Virus record (IMG/VR): IMGVR_UViG_3300028025_002044
Coordinates: 1 to 64,000 of that record
Length of the DNA stretch: 64,000 nucleotides
Strand: one strand, 5' to 3'
Origin: a virus
The position numbers and the translations under genes were made by a program. The stretch's first letter is position 1. Each line of letters starts with the position of its first letter. Shown piece by piece: positions 1 through 9,552 of the stretch. The notes below the pieces were generated by a model. The model was given only the letters and a program-made list of their open reading frames with translations. It did not search any database and was not told the DNA's origin.

Positions 1-49
1 CAAAATATCCCGTACGGTGTCTGTACGGACTATCCAGGAGCTTAGTTAA

Positions 50-151
50 TTATTTTGCCTTATCATGCTTCTCCTCGCAAATTCTAGCTAGAGAAGTAAC
101 AACGTAAGCTGATTTGCAAACAGCACACACATTGGAGTTGTTTTTAGGCAT
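50..151 (-). CDS. small zinc-finger-like protein (33 aa, MPKNNSNVCAVCKSAYVVTSLARICEEKHDKAK)
   Basis: Hand-translated; below the ORF-track cutoff. AAGGGA RBS upstream of ATG; CxxC-x12-CxxxH pattern. Confidence 0.6.
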   Translation of the reverse strand: MPKNNSNVCAVCKSAYVVTSLARICEEKHDKAK

Positions 152-197
152 ATGGTTCCCTTCGGAACGTTTATAAGTTACCTTAAAATTATCTCAC

Positions 198-233
198 AAA
201 AAGAAAACCCCTACTCTGTAGGGGTTTCTTTTT
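198..233 (-). terminator. intrinsic terminator overlapping the end of the 211..996 gene (potentially bidirectional)
   Basis: AAACCCCTAC-aga-GTAGGGGTTT stem followed by TCTTTTT on the minus strand; T-tract on the plus strand as well. Confidence 0.75.
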
Positions 234-996
234 CTTCTTCTTGCTGTTTTCGAATCTCTGCCTCGACCTCAGATCGAAGGACCATGCTCTTAGCAAAGCT
301 AGCCTGGAAATCATAGTCACCTGCGTGACTAATGCGTACCCACGGGGCCGCATAAACTTTACCGCCAAGCTCTTGCCACTTCTTACAGAAGTAATAGTCT
401 TCTGACAGAAGTACTCCGTCTTCGTCAATTTCTGTAGCAAAAAATTCTATTACCTGATTTTCAGGCTCCATAGTTCCAGTACTTCCACTAAATGCATATG
501 TTTTGCAATTAGGAGTCATAGCGTCAAACACTTTTTTAGTGATAAACATCATTCCAGTAGCAACGTTTACTACCTCAGTAGGTTCATTTAAATTAATAGT
601 GTTTAGGCCAATTGGCAAATTGGCAGAGAAAAATCCAGAGTAGTCAGCTAAATTTTCCTTATTTAAAAGAGCGGCATGTCTTACGTCTTCCCAGTTAATA
701 TTCTTCATAGGGTAGACCGCACCAATCAAATCTTTTCCAGACTCAATCATTCTTAGAATGTCGTCAGCATTGAATCCGTGGTCAGCATCAATAAACAACA
801 TTGCATCAGACTTAGTCAGATAAAATTCTCTTACTAAAGCATTTCTAGCCCTCGTAATTAAGCTTTCGTTGTAAATTTTTGTGTACACAACTTGATGCCC
901 AGCTTTAGATAGGACTAAAAGCAAATTGATGAGGCTCTCTGTGTACACACCTTTACAGTTACCGCCGTACATAGGGGTAGCGATACAAATCTTCAT
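211..996 (-). CDS. GT-A fold (GT2-like) glycosyltransferase
   Basis: N-terminal IATPMYGG, ESLITRARN, LFIDAD (DxD), ATGMM, SEDYYFC and terminal H-x-G motifs typical of phage GT-A enzymes; AGGAGA RBS. Confidence 0.8.
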   Translation of the reverse strand: MKICIATPMYGGNCKGVYTESLINLLLVLSKAGHQVVYTKIYNESLITRARNALVREFYLTKSDAMLFIDADHGFNADDILRMIESGKDLIGAVYPMKNINWEDVRHAALLNKENLADYSGFFSANLPIGLNTINLNEPTEVVNVATGMMFITKKVFDAMTPNCKTYAFSGSTGTMEPENQVIEFFATEIDEDGVLLSEDYYFCKKWQELGGKVYAAPWVRISHAGDYDFQASFAKSMVLRSEVEAEIRKQQEEEKETPTE

Positions 997-1015
997 GTCT
1001 CTCCTAAATTATGTT

Positions 1016-1043
1016 GGAGGGGCTAGCGGACGCTAACCCCTCC
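1016..1043 (-). promoter_or_regulatory. GC-rich RNA hairpin between primase and glycosyltransferase genes
   Basis: Minus strand GGAGGGGTTAGCG-tc-CGCTAGCCCCTCC (one G-U pair); no U-tail. Confidence 0.5.
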
Positions 1044-1076
1044 TCATGTGGACTCTCTCCCAAGAGCACATCTTTG

Positions 1077-3719
1077 TTACCGTGCTATTCTAACAGCATG
1101 TTCCCAATTAATTTGCCCATCTTCGTTGTTTGCCACAACTCTAGGCATTAGCACTCGTTCCTTAATTTCAGCTCTAGCGCCCTGGCCTTCGATTTGAATA
1201 CCACGGTCTTGAAGCTTCCTCTGGAATGCAGTCTGCGTCATTGGACGCTCACCGCGTTCTTCACTCCACACACGATAGACGCTGTAGATAGCCTTGACCA
1301 GTGAAGACGCCCCTGGAACTTCCTTTGTCTCTTCGTTAAGGAAAATGCCAATACGGTCTTCGTTCTTGCGATACATGTCAGCAGCCTCTGCTACAGCAGT
1401 GCACCAACCTAGCGGGTCACGGGCAGACGAGCCTAGGTACTTAATTGCACCCTCGACAGCCCATGCAAGCACAGCTGGGAGAGCACCCTCGGGGTCAAAC
1501 AAATAAGCCTTTAGGTCCGGGTCTGGATTTTCCGGGACGTTGCTCCAAGGAATCGGTCGAATACGACGCCACATAGCATCGTCAGTAATCATAGGTCGGT
1601 GGTTTGTTGTGACCCACAGCTTAGCCTGTGCCTGGAATGTGAACGGCTTTTCACCAGGAGAACGAGCAGAAATTTCAGACGAACCTGTCAGCTTCTTGAC
1701 TGCGTTTTCTTTTAGACGCTCAGACTCAGGCAACTCGTCAACCCAAACCATACGCTTACCACGAAGCTCTGCCCAGTGGTACAAGTCAGTGCTACTCGAC
1801 TGCCCGTTCCCATCACCAAGGATGTTGGAGTCCAAAGGCCATGCGTACTGCTTAGTGTCTAGTGCTTTAACGATTGTCTCAACAAATGTGTTTTTACCAG
1901 AACCGGCTGGACCATACACAAGGAACATCACGTCTTGGTTGCTTAAGCCAGTTAGAGTGTACCCAACCGCACGCTGAATCCAGTCTTGCAATTCTTTGTC
2001 ACCGCCGGTAGCAAAATCAATAAACTGTTGCCAACGAACGTTAGTCATTCCCTCGGTGTAGTTAATCGGAGAACGCTTAGTAATGTGCAAGTCTGGACGG
2101 CCACGTAGTAGCTCTCCAGTGCGCAAGTCAATAACACCGTTAGCCACACCAAGCAAGTAAGCGTCGTTATCCCAAGACTCTACCGCAACTACAACTCTGG
2201 TGTCTGAGTTTGCGCTTTCAACTGCCGCGTTTAGTCGAGAGTTTGACTTAGCCTGGTTAGCCCACTTAAGAACTTCATTCTTCTTGTCGTTGTCCGAGTC
2301 ACCGTAGTTTGCAACTTCAGCCGCAATAATTGGAGGAATACGTTTAGATAATTCTTTCATTCCTAAATCTTCAGCGTCCGGCTTCCAATAATTACCGTCC
2401 CAGATGAACCAGCCAATGCCGGGTGTATAGCGAATAGAAGAACCGAACGAGTCAACAATTCGACGACCATTACCAATGTCAGATAGCGAACGTCGGCCAG
2501 GGCGACCACCTTCAGCTTCAGACAAAGCATCCGGGTCTTTTGGAATGTCAATGTTTCCAGAGCCAAACGCTTGATCGATAGATACACCGTTGTGAGCAGC
2601 GTCTGCAACTACTCCACCAATGGTTCCCGGCAGATTGAAGTCAGAAGGTTCGGGGTCAGAGTCTTGCGAATTATTGTCTGCACTAACTTTAGGAGCAGCG
2701 GCAACTGTAGACCTAGCCTCATCCTGCGAACGCTGAGCCCATTCCTGAGCTCCATCCCATAAGCGATTACTTACAGGATTGCCAGACACAAAATCAATTG
2801 CACGGCGGACGTGCATGAGTAGTCCTCCAGGACCCTCAAGTTCTAAAGATGGGCGAACTTTTTCGGCATTGAAACGAATCATCATCGTCTCTACTGCCAT
2901 CTTCCCTGCCTCGCTCTGCACACCAAACTTATTGGCAAGCGAGCAGGTCAACTTGTAAATGTCCACAGCACGCGAACCTTCATCAATACCCTCGAGCAAC
3001 ATCTTCTCGACATCTATACGCTCGCCATTCCACTCTAAGTCGCTGGCCCATCCCCACTCGCCATTGCCAAGTGAAGTACCAGACTTGCGAGTCTTTTTGC
3101 GAATAATGTTTAGTAGGAATTCAGGAGCCTCAGCCATTTCTATTTGCCAAGGTGCTTTGCCATCAGCCCACTCGTAATTAACACCAGAGCCGTGACGGCT
3201 AGGAGGGAGCATTACGTATCCATTGTGCTTGATGTCAATACCACTAAGACCGTTAGCCTTTAGGTTTCCAATCAATTGCTCGCTAGGGTCACACTTAAAG
3301 TAAAGGTGTCGGCCTCGAACGGTTCTACCTTTGTATGTGTAGGCACCAGTCAGTGCTTCAACACTTGGCGGAAGTACTCCATCAAGAAGTTCTTCAAACT
3401 TTTCAAACGAATCGATACCGCCAGAACGCGGATCTATGTCAACTACTAAAAATCCAGATGGCTGACAAAAAACACCAATGTTCCCCTCGGGAGAGTTTTC
3501 CCACCAAGTTTTGACAATGAATTCATCGTCAGTGGCTTTAATATTCCACTCGTTAATTGCAGGGTGCTTACCAATGTCTTTAGGCTCACCGTGAGCCCCG
3601 TTACAGGTGCATCGCCCTTGGTCAGTAATACCGTGGCACGGAAGAATTTTCCAGCCCTGCTTGGCATACCAAGTAGAGCCATTAGCTATTTTTTGTACGT
3701 GGGACAGCTCAGATGTCAT
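1077..3719 (-). CDS. bifunctional primase-polymerase (Prim-Pol) fused to P4/D5-type SF3 helicase
   Basis: N-terminal GKHP, NIG, VVDID, GRHLYF, DIK..GYVMLPPSRH; D5_N (DIGNGRR); Walker A GPAGSGKNT; DELPE; TTNHRP. Confidence 0.92.
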   Translation of the reverse strand: MTSELSHVQKIANGSTWYAKQGWKILPCHGITDQGRCTCNGAHGEPKDIGKHPAINEWNIKATDDEFIVKTWWENSPEGNIGVFCQPSGFLVVDIDPRSGGIDSFEKFEELLDGVLPPSVEALTGAYTYKGRTVRGRHLYFKCDPSEQLIGNLKANGLSGIDIKHNGYVMLPPSRHGSGVNYEWADGKAPWQIEMAEAPEFLLNIIRKKTRKSGTSLGNGEWGWASDLEWNGERIDVEKMLLEGIDEGSRAVDIYKLTCSLANKFGVQSEAGKMAVETMMIRFNAEKVRPSLELEGPGGLLMHVRRAIDFVSGNPVSNRLWDGAQEWAQRSQDEARSTVAAAPKVSADNNSQDSDPEPSDFNLPGTIGGVVADAAHNGVSIDQAFGSGNIDIPKDPDALSEAEGGRPGRRSLSDIGNGRRIVDSFGSSIRYTPGIGWFIWDGNYWKPDAEDLGMKELSKRIPPIIAAEVANYGDSDNDKKNEVLKWANQAKSNSRLNAAVESANSDTRVVVAVESWDNDAYLLGVANGVIDLRTGELLRGRPDLHITKRSPINYTEGMTNVRWQQFIDFATGGDKELQDWIQRAVGYTLTGLSNQDVMFLVYGPAGSGKNTFVETIVKALDTKQYAWPLDSNILGDGNGQSSSTDLYHWAELRGKRMVWVDELPESERLKENAVKKLTGSSEISARSPGEKPFTFQAQAKLWVTTNHRPMITDDAMWRRIRPIPWSNVPENPDPDLKAYLFDPEGALPAVLAWAVEGAIKYLGSSARDPLGWCTAVAEAADMYRKNEDRIGIFLNEETKEVPGASSLVKAIYSVYRVWSEERGERPMTQTAFQRKLQDRGIQIEGQGARAEIKERVLMPRVVANNEDGQINWEHAVRIAR

Positions 3720-3780
3720 GCTATCTTGCGTCCATCAGGGGAGAGAGTTGTCGTTTCATATGTGCCTTTCTGACACCGCA

Positions 3781-3809
3781 ATACTAACCAATTACCAAGA
3801 CTTGCGCAA
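3781..3809 (-). promoter_or_regulatory. sigma70/SigA-like promoter for primase-helicase
   Basis: TTGCGC-17 nt-TAGTAT on the minus strand. Confidence 0.55.
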
Positions 3810-3895
3810 TAGCAAAGCCGAAATTGGTTTATAATTTTTAAAGACCTGTATTTAGTAGACATCTACGATACCACAACTTTAGGAATTCAATCAAA

Positions 3896-4231
3896 ATGCC
3901 TCAAGAAATACTCCTATCTACCGCAGCTGTAATTACTGCTACCGGTATTATAATAGGAGCCCTTATTGCTATTTACAGATTAGCACACCGTATTGGAGAA
4001 TCAATAGGTGTCGACAAAAATGGCAGAACTATTGCCGAACGTTTAGACCGAGTTGAGCACCAGCTTTGGGAGAACGGGGGCTCTTCATTGGCAGACAGGG
4101 TAAACACTATTGAAGCCCATGCTATAAAAACTTCAGCAGAGATTGACTTAATTAAAAAGTTTGTAGTAGGCTCTACAACAGAAAATCCAGTAGTATCAAT
4201 AAAGAAACCAAGGGCTAAAAAAGCTAGCTAA
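3896..4231 (+). CDS. small membrane protein (one N-terminal TM helix; possible holin-associated protein)
   Basis: Hydrophobic N-terminus, coiled segment with ENGGSSLADRV, basic C-tail; AGGA RBS. Confidence 0.6.
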   Translation: MPQEILLSTAAVITATGIIIGALIAIYRLAHRIGESIGVDKNGRTIAERLDRVEHQLWENGGSSLADRVNTIEAHAIKTSAEIDLIKKFVVGSTTENPVVSIKKPRAKKAS

Positions 4232-4289
4232 ATATAATTTCATGCACTACAATATGTAACGACACTAATGACACACTAAGGACTACGTT

Positions 4290-4559
4290 ATGTCTCTATC
4301 AGACAAGCTCAACCAAGCCGTGGATGAAGCGTCTCAGCTTCTGTGTAAGGTCGGGGTTTTACTAGTAAACCCTAAACTGACAGCCAAAGAGCGCGAGCAG
4401 CTGTCCACAATACTAAGCATGCCGGACGACTATCCAGGCAGAGTATCTAACTCAGCACTTTCACAAATTTTACGTGAAGAGGGGTATGATATCTCTAAGA
4501 GTTCAATCGACCGCCACCGAGGCGCGAGATGTACATGCCACAGAAAGGCCTCAAAGTGA
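4290..4559 (+). CDS. hypothetical protein (small, HTH-like, C-terminal HRxxxCxC)
   Basis: ORF with AAGGA RBS; GTGA overlap with the next gene. Confidence 0.7.
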   Translation: MSLSDKLNQAVDEASQLLCKVGVLLVNPKLTAKEREQLSTILSMPDDYPGRVSNSALSQILREEGYDISKSSIDRHRGARCTCHRKASK

Positions 4560-5752
4560 GCCTAGAAGATAAGTTAGAAAAACTTGCAAGCCCAGGTAAA
4601 TCTGGCTCCGATGTTAAAGCCCTAAACACTCCAGAAAATTGGCGTTCAAAAATGGACGTCGATGACAAGACTGGAGGTTTTGTCATTTCTCAGCCAAAAC
4701 CTGCCGGCACTCCGCAAGATGCCCGACAGATTCTTGAAGACTTTGACATGGACCCGGATGCGTGGTCAGTCACCTCGGTCCGCCGAGGCAAGTGGCAAAA
4801 ATATGACGGAGAATATTTAGAATCACTCCGCATCAACATTGTCCCTGCTGGAATTGCGGCGGAAGACCATCTAGACGCTGAAAAACTTATTGACGAAATT
4901 AAAAAGTGGCGTCCCGGAACTGGAATTAAAACTGCTAAGGGTGATGGCTCATTTGCACTATTTCCTAGCGACCAGCAAATTGGTAAGAAGGCAAACGGTC
5001 AGGGAACTCAGCAAGCAATCGACAGAATTCTGCACCTAACCGACGCTGCAGTAGACAGGTTCCAAGGTCTACAGAGAATGGGACTGAGCATGGGTGGTAT
5101 CGTGCTAGGTCTTCCTGGTGACCACGTTGAAGGTAACGTTTCTCAGGGTGGACGTCTTCAAGGTTTAGCATCTTCAGACCTCGGGCTCACCGAGCAGGTA
5201 CGTGTTGCACGTCGCCTACTGATGTCACAAATCAAAGCTTTAGCTCCTCTAGCGGAGCGTATGGTTGTTCCAGTCATCAACGGAAACCATGACGAGGTTA
5301 CTCGTCAGGTCGCTGCCGATCCCGCTGATGGCTGGAACGTTGAGATTGCTTCTGCAGTGCAAGATGCCTGCGCGGAGAATCCAGCGTTACAGCACATCGA
5401 GTTCCGGTACCCAGCCCCTGGGCACCAGACACTAGCCGTAAATATTGATGGCACGATGCTAGGCATGTTCCACGGCCACCAAGGACGAGACCCGTTAAAG
5501 TATTTGTCAGGTCAAGCCGCAGGACAAACTGCCCTCGGAAACTGCGACGTGTGGGTGTCAGGGCACTACCACAACTTTAAGTGCATGGACATTAGCCACC
5601 GCTTCTGGGCCCAGTGCCCAACCACCGACCCAGGCTCAGAATGGTTCCGCGACCGTTCAGGTATGGAATCAAAGCCAGGACTTCTGACTATGGTGATTGG
5701 TGGAAGTTTTGATCCCCGAGAGTTTATCAACGTACTGCCAGTGAGACTTTAG
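4556..5752 (+). CDS. calcineurin-like metallophosphoesterase (Mre11-like nuclease family)
   Basis: SDQQIGK, GDHVEG, GNHD, HGH, GHYH motifs; GTG start at 4556 chosen for coupling to the upstream stop. Confidence 0.85.
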   Translation: MSLEDKLEKLASPGKSGSDVKALNTPENWRSKMDVDDKTGGFVISQPKPAGTPQDARQILEDFDMDPDAWSVTSVRRGKWQKYDGEYLESLRINIVPAGIAAEDHLDAEKLIDEIKKWRPGTGIKTAKGDGSFALFPSDQQIGKKANGQGTQQAIDRILHLTDAAVDRFQGLQRMGLSMGGIVLGLPGDHVEGNVSQGGRLQGLASSDLGLTEQVRVARRLLMSQIKALAPLAERMVVPVINGNHDEVTRQVAADPADGWNVEIASAVQDACAENPALQHIEFRYPAPGHQTLAVNIDGTMLGMFHGHQGRDPLKYLSGQAAGQTALGNCDVWVSGHYHNFKCMDISHRFWAQCPTTDPGSEWFRDRSGMESKPGLLTMVIGGSFDPREFINVLPVRL

Positions 5753-6562
5753 GTGCGCAGTAAGACATACATCATTGCCTGGGATAGAGCAATAGATAAT
5801 TGCATAGACGTGAGTAATCAGCTAAAAGACAGCGATGTGCAACACGTCTTTTACAACGTTTCAAGCGTCGGGGAACAGACTGATAATTGGGTGCGTAGAC
5901 CTGACATTAGATACAACAGCCATTTCTTTTACGCAATTAAAGATTTTATTGCCAGCGACAACGAGATTTTTATTTTTAATACTGGAGATATATCTTATAC
6001 AGACTATGTCGGGTACACAAAATATATAGAAAAGCTTTTTAAAGAAAACCCTAATCTAGGAGCATTTGCTCCCGACAACACTAACGATGCATTCGTTGGA
6101 CCATACTCGATGATAGCTAGGTCTAAAAAATATAGAACTCTGTATTTATCTACCAACACTAATGGAGCATACTTAGCGCTTCATAGAGATATCGTAGAGT
6201 ACATCAACAAGTTTTACGATTGGTGCGTAGAAAACAACGTTTTAGATTTCACAACCATGAGAACGGGCTGGGGATTAGACATGACCTACTGCGCTCTAAT
6301 CATCTACTTAAACAGGGTAATCTACAGAGACTCCGGAGTGATGATGTTTCATCCTAAAGAACAAAGCTATACCCACGAAGCTGGTAATCATGAATACAGA
6401 TCTATTATTTCAGCATTTAAAACTTTTTGCGACCACGTGGGCATAGACAAAAACAGAATCCACTATATTCTAGATGTAACCGTTAGACGAGCTAGAGACT
6501 TGGGTACAGTTCTAAACCCAGAAATTATCTATTCTGACCCGAAAAAGGTAGTGGAAGCATGA
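5753..6562 (+). CDS. hypothetical protein, probable divergent GT-A glycosyltransferase
   Basis: FIFNTGD, GWGLD and downstream H-P motifs resemble GT2 acceptor regions; AT-rich; lies within the glyco cassette. Confidence 0.5.
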   Translation: MRSKTYIIAWDRAIDNCIDVSNQLKDSDVQHVFYNVSSVGEQTDNWVRRPDIRYNSHFFYAIKDFIASDNEIFIFNTGDISYTDYVGYTKYIEKLFKENPNLGAFAPDNTNDAFVGPYSMIARSKKYRTLYLSTNTNGAYLALHRDIVEYINKFYDWCVENNVLDFTTMRTGWGLDMTYCALIIYLNRVIYRDSGVMMFHPKEQSYTHEAGNHEYRSIISAFKTFCDHVGIDKNRIHYILDVTVRRARDLGTVLNPEIIYSDPKKVVEA

Positions 6563-6987
6563 GAATTTACAGCGGAGGAACCTACGATTTATTTCACTAC
6601 GGCCACGTCAGGCTTCTTAAGCGTCTCAAGCAGATGGCTGGAGAAAATGGCACCCTAATCGTTGCCGTAAACACCGACGAGTTTATCGAACAGTTTAAAG
6701 GCTCAAAACCAGTAATGAGTTTAGAAGAACGAATTGAAGTTTTAGAAGCTTGCAAGTATGTAGACGAAGTAGTCGTTAATCACTCTGGAGCAGACTCTAA
6801 GCCAACCATACTAAAAGCTAGAGCAGATTTCGTCGTGGTAGGCACCGACTGGTCAGACCGCGACTACATGAGTCAAATGGGATTTACTCGCGAGTGGTTA
6901 GAAGATAATAATATTGGGTATGGGTTTTTGCCGTACACAACGACCGTAAGCACAACTGACATTAAGAAAAGGCTAAACAAGCAGTGA
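6559..6987 (+). CDS. cytidylyltransferase (TagD/glycerol-3-phosphate cytidylyltransferase-like)
   Basis: GTYDLFHYGH (HxGH), VAVNTD, ER, YVDEV, GTDW, VSTT motifs. Confidence 0.9.
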   Translation: MRIYSGGTYDLFHYGHVRLLKRLKQMAGENGTLIVAVNTDEFIEQFKGSKPVMSLEERIEVLEACKYVDEVVVNHSGADSKPTILKARADFVVVGTDWSDRDYMSQMGFTREWLEDNNIGYGFLPYTTTVSTTDIKKRLNKQ

Positions 6988-8048
6988 AAATTGCCGTCTA
7001 CACGATAGCTCTTAACGAGGAAAAGCACGTAGAGCGTTGGTACAACTCTGTAAAAGACGCAGACTACATTCTTATCGCTGATACCGGCTCGACCGATAAA
7101 ACCGTAGAGATTGCCAAGAGTCTTGGAATCAACGTAGTTAGCGTCCTACTAAAACCTTTTAGATTTGACACAAGCAGAAACGCCGCCCTAGCCGCATTAC
7201 CAGCCGATATCGATTACTGCATATCGCTTGATATGGATGAAATGCTGTCTAGTGGCTGGAGAGCTGATATGGACTCTTTAGCCGAGCTACCAGACAACAC
7301 TTCGGCCATTATCAGAGCAACGCTGACCTGGAATGTTAAGGAAGACGGGACCCCGGGGCTTCAATACGGAGCCGACCGAATCCACTCCCGCTGGGGTGTA
7401 ACTTGGCGTCAGCCAGCCCACGAGATTATCAGCACCTACGGTGACTACCACGAAGCCCGAGGCTGGGTAGGCTTTGAGATTATCCATGCGGCTGACCCCA
7501 CAAAGTCTAGGTCGCAATACCTGGGAATGCTAAAAATGGCCGTAGACGAGCAGCCATATAGCGATAGAAACGCTTATTACTACGCTAGAGAGCTTTTTTA
7601 CTACGGTAAGTACGAAGAGGCGACTAAGGAGTTTAAACGCCACCTAGGGCTTCCTACGGCTTCCTGGGCCCCAGAGAGAGCATCTTCTATGCGTCACATA
7701 GGAAAGATGAACCCTGAAGAAGCAGTAGAGTGGTTTATCAAGGCAGCCGAAGAATCTCCTGGTCGCAGGGAGCCTTTCGTGGACCTTGCCAGCCACTATT
7801 ATGCAACCGAGGACTGGGAAAATTGCTACAAATACAGCAAAAAAGCCTTAGAAATAACCGAGAAAAAGCTTGACTATATGTGCGAAGAAGCGTCTTGGGG
7901 CTCTCTCCCATGGGACTACGCGGCGTTGTCAGCTTACTATACGGGCAGACATGACGAAGCTTTAGAGTATGGAACTACTGCTCTAAGTCTGGATCCCCAA
8001 AATCAAAGGCTAATTGAGAATATTCAGTACTATCAGAGACCTTCTTAA
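6984..8048 (+). CDS. GT2 glycosyltransferase with C-terminal TPR repeats
   Basis: IALNEE, DTGSTD, FDTSRNAAL, LDMDE, HE motifs followed by helical TPR-like repeats. Confidence 0.88.
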   Translation: MKIAVYTIALNEEKHVERWYNSVKDADYILIADTGSTDKTVEIAKSLGINVVSVLLKPFRFDTSRNAALAALPADIDYCISLDMDEMLSSGWRADMDSLAELPDNTSAIIRATLTWNVKEDGTPGLQYGADRIHSRWGVTWRQPAHEIISTYGDYHEARGWVGFEIIHAADPTKSRSQYLGMLKMAVDEQPYSDRNAYYYARELFYYGKYEEATKEFKRHLGLPTASWAPERASSMRHIGKMNPEEAVEWFIKAAEESPGRREPFVDLASHYYATEDWENCYKYSKKALEITEKKLDYMCEEASWGSLPWDYAALSAYYTGRHDEALEYGTTALSLDPQNQRLIENIQYYQRPS

Positions 8049-8523
8049 GCTGCTCTTTCTTGTCAGCCTTGAGCGCGTGATACGCATTTACAGCGTTAGC
8101 ACTGGTCCTACTTCTCCACGTAAAGTCACACTCTAGGCACTGAACGATTCTCATTGTCAACCAACGACCGCCGTCCGGATTGTCCACGACCATGGCTTTT
8201 AGACTTGAAGTTCTAGCCTGGCAGTATGGGCACTTAGGAAACCTATCTCTACGAATTTCAGCACCGTCAGCATTGACTGATAAAGCTCTGCGTAATTCGT
8301 GTTCGTCATTGCCACCCCAGATTCCCCATATTTTACCTGTTTCTAGCGCCCACTTGACGCAGTCTTTTCGCACAGGGCACTGGAAACATAGATTTTTAGC
8401 TTGATGCTTGTCGTCTAGTTCATCAGAGAAGAACAAGTCTTTCATGTCTCTATTGGATGGCTTAGCGCACTCGGCGTCTTTCATCCACTCTGTATCTTTA
8501 CTTGGTTCCCAAAATGGAATCAT
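7975..8523 (-). CDS. whiB: WhiB family transcription factor with C-terminal zinc ribbon
   Basis: C-x(n)-CxxC-x5-C and GIWGG motif, then CPYC...CLEC. Confidence 0.88.
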   Translation of the reverse strand: MIPFWEPSKDTEWMKDAECAKPSNRDMKDLFFSDELDDKHQAKNLCFQCPVRKDCVKWALETGKIWGIWGGNDEHELRRALSVNADGAEIRRDRFPKCPYCQARTSSLKAMVVDNPDGGRWLTMRIVQCLECDFTWRSRTSANAVNAYHALKADKKEQLKKVSDSTEYSQLAFDFGDPDLEQ

Positions 8524-8858
8524 TTAATAACCGCCCAGGTCGCTTCTCGGGGGCTGTCTACAACATCGTCATACTCAGTAATTCCGTGCTCATCACAGGC
8601 TGTTAAGTAGATTTCACCATCAACATGTCCAACGTATCCATGAATAATATCCGCTGTTTCTACAGCCCGGTATCCTTCACCTAAGGAATCAACCACACCG
8701 TCTCTTTGCAATGAAGAAGCCAAGGCTCGCCTAATAACGTCTTCATCCAAATCTATGTGGTCATAAGTAAAAAAGATAAAAGAAAATGGTCCGGTGACAG
8801 AAATGTCGTCACCAGACCATTCAAACCATAGGCATTCGCCGGCTCTTGAATCTTTCAT
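8520..8858 (-). CDS. hypothetical protein
   Basis: ORF with AAGGA RBS; 4-bp overlap with whiB. Confidence 0.7.
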   Translation of the reverse strand: MKDSRAGECLWFEWSGDDISVTGPFSFIFFTYDHIDLDEDVIRRALASSLQRDGVVDSLGEGYRAVETADIIHGYVGHVDGEIYLTACDEHGITEYDDVVDSPREATWAVIK

Positions 8859-8879
8859 AATTACATCCTTACTAAGTTA

Positions 8880-8885
8880 ATTATA
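8880..8885 (-). promoter_or_regulatory. -10 box (TATAAT) upstream of the whiB operon
   Basis: Perfect TATAAT in an AT-rich intergenic gap about 20 nt before the start at 8858. Confidence 0.45.
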
Positions 8886-8926
8886 CTTGCAAGTTTTGTA
8901 ATTTTTAGTTAAAATAGCAAATTTTA

Positions 8927-9136
8927 TTATTTTATTTTTGGCCGTACAAATACGTCAGCATAGAACTTGTGCTCTGAATCAGGAGCTAAGACCGACACTT
9001 CCATTTCAAATTCGGCATATTTCTCTGCTTCTTCAGCCGGAAAGTTGTAGTATTCTGACGCAAGCTGAATAGCCTTAACCTTCATACTGTCTCTGTCATC
9101 GCCCAAGACCGTGAACTTCATGCGGTCGCGAATCAT
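8927..9136 (-). CDS. hypothetical protein
   Basis: TAATG-coupled ORF in the minus-strand operon. Confidence 0.7.
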   Translation of the reverse strand: MIRDRMKFTVLGDDRDSMKVKAIQLASEYYNFPAEEAEKYAEFEMEVSVLAPDSEHKFYADVFVRPKIK

Positions 9137-9552
9137 TACTGAACTCTCTTCTGTAGGTGCTCTGGGTTGTAGTGAGCGCCGTCAATAATTGGAGTCTTGT
9201 CGTCAGTAGAGTTGACAATGATATCACCATTTCTAATGCCAACAATCACGCCTCGACGTCCGTTGTGTACGGTTCCGGTGCTTCCACTAAAAGCATCGTG
9301 CGACACTCTAACAATGTCTCCAACCTTCAGGTCACCACGTCGCGCATCAATCCAGATTTCTTCCTTGTTTGGGACTACCAGTGCGTGTCCCAGTCCGACC
9401 GTGGAAAGAATGTCTAAGACCTGTTTAGCCTGAGTAGTATCTAGGTCAATTTCTTCCCATGTCTTTAGCATTTTGAGTACAGCCTTACCTACACCAACGC
9501 GGATTTTAGCGTCAGCAAATTGTTGCTTTACCCAGTTGTAATCTACTTTCAT
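9136..9552 (-). CDS. hypothetical protein with C-terminal SH3/KOW-like domain
   Basis: LKVGDIVRV...HNGRRGVIVGIRNGDIIV; coupled ORF. Confidence 0.7.
   Translation of the reverse strand: MKVDYNWVKQQFADAKIRVGVGKAVLKMLKTWEEIDLDTTQAKQVLDILSTVGLGHALVVPNKEEIWIDARRGDLKVGDIVRVSHDAFSGSTGTVHNGRRGVIVGIRNGDIIVNSTDDKTPIIDGAHYNPEHLQKRVQ

Noticed and set aside
4261-4280. GACACTAA direct repeat before 4290
   Set aside because: Only two 8-bp copies and not noticed elsewhere; insufficient support for an operator.
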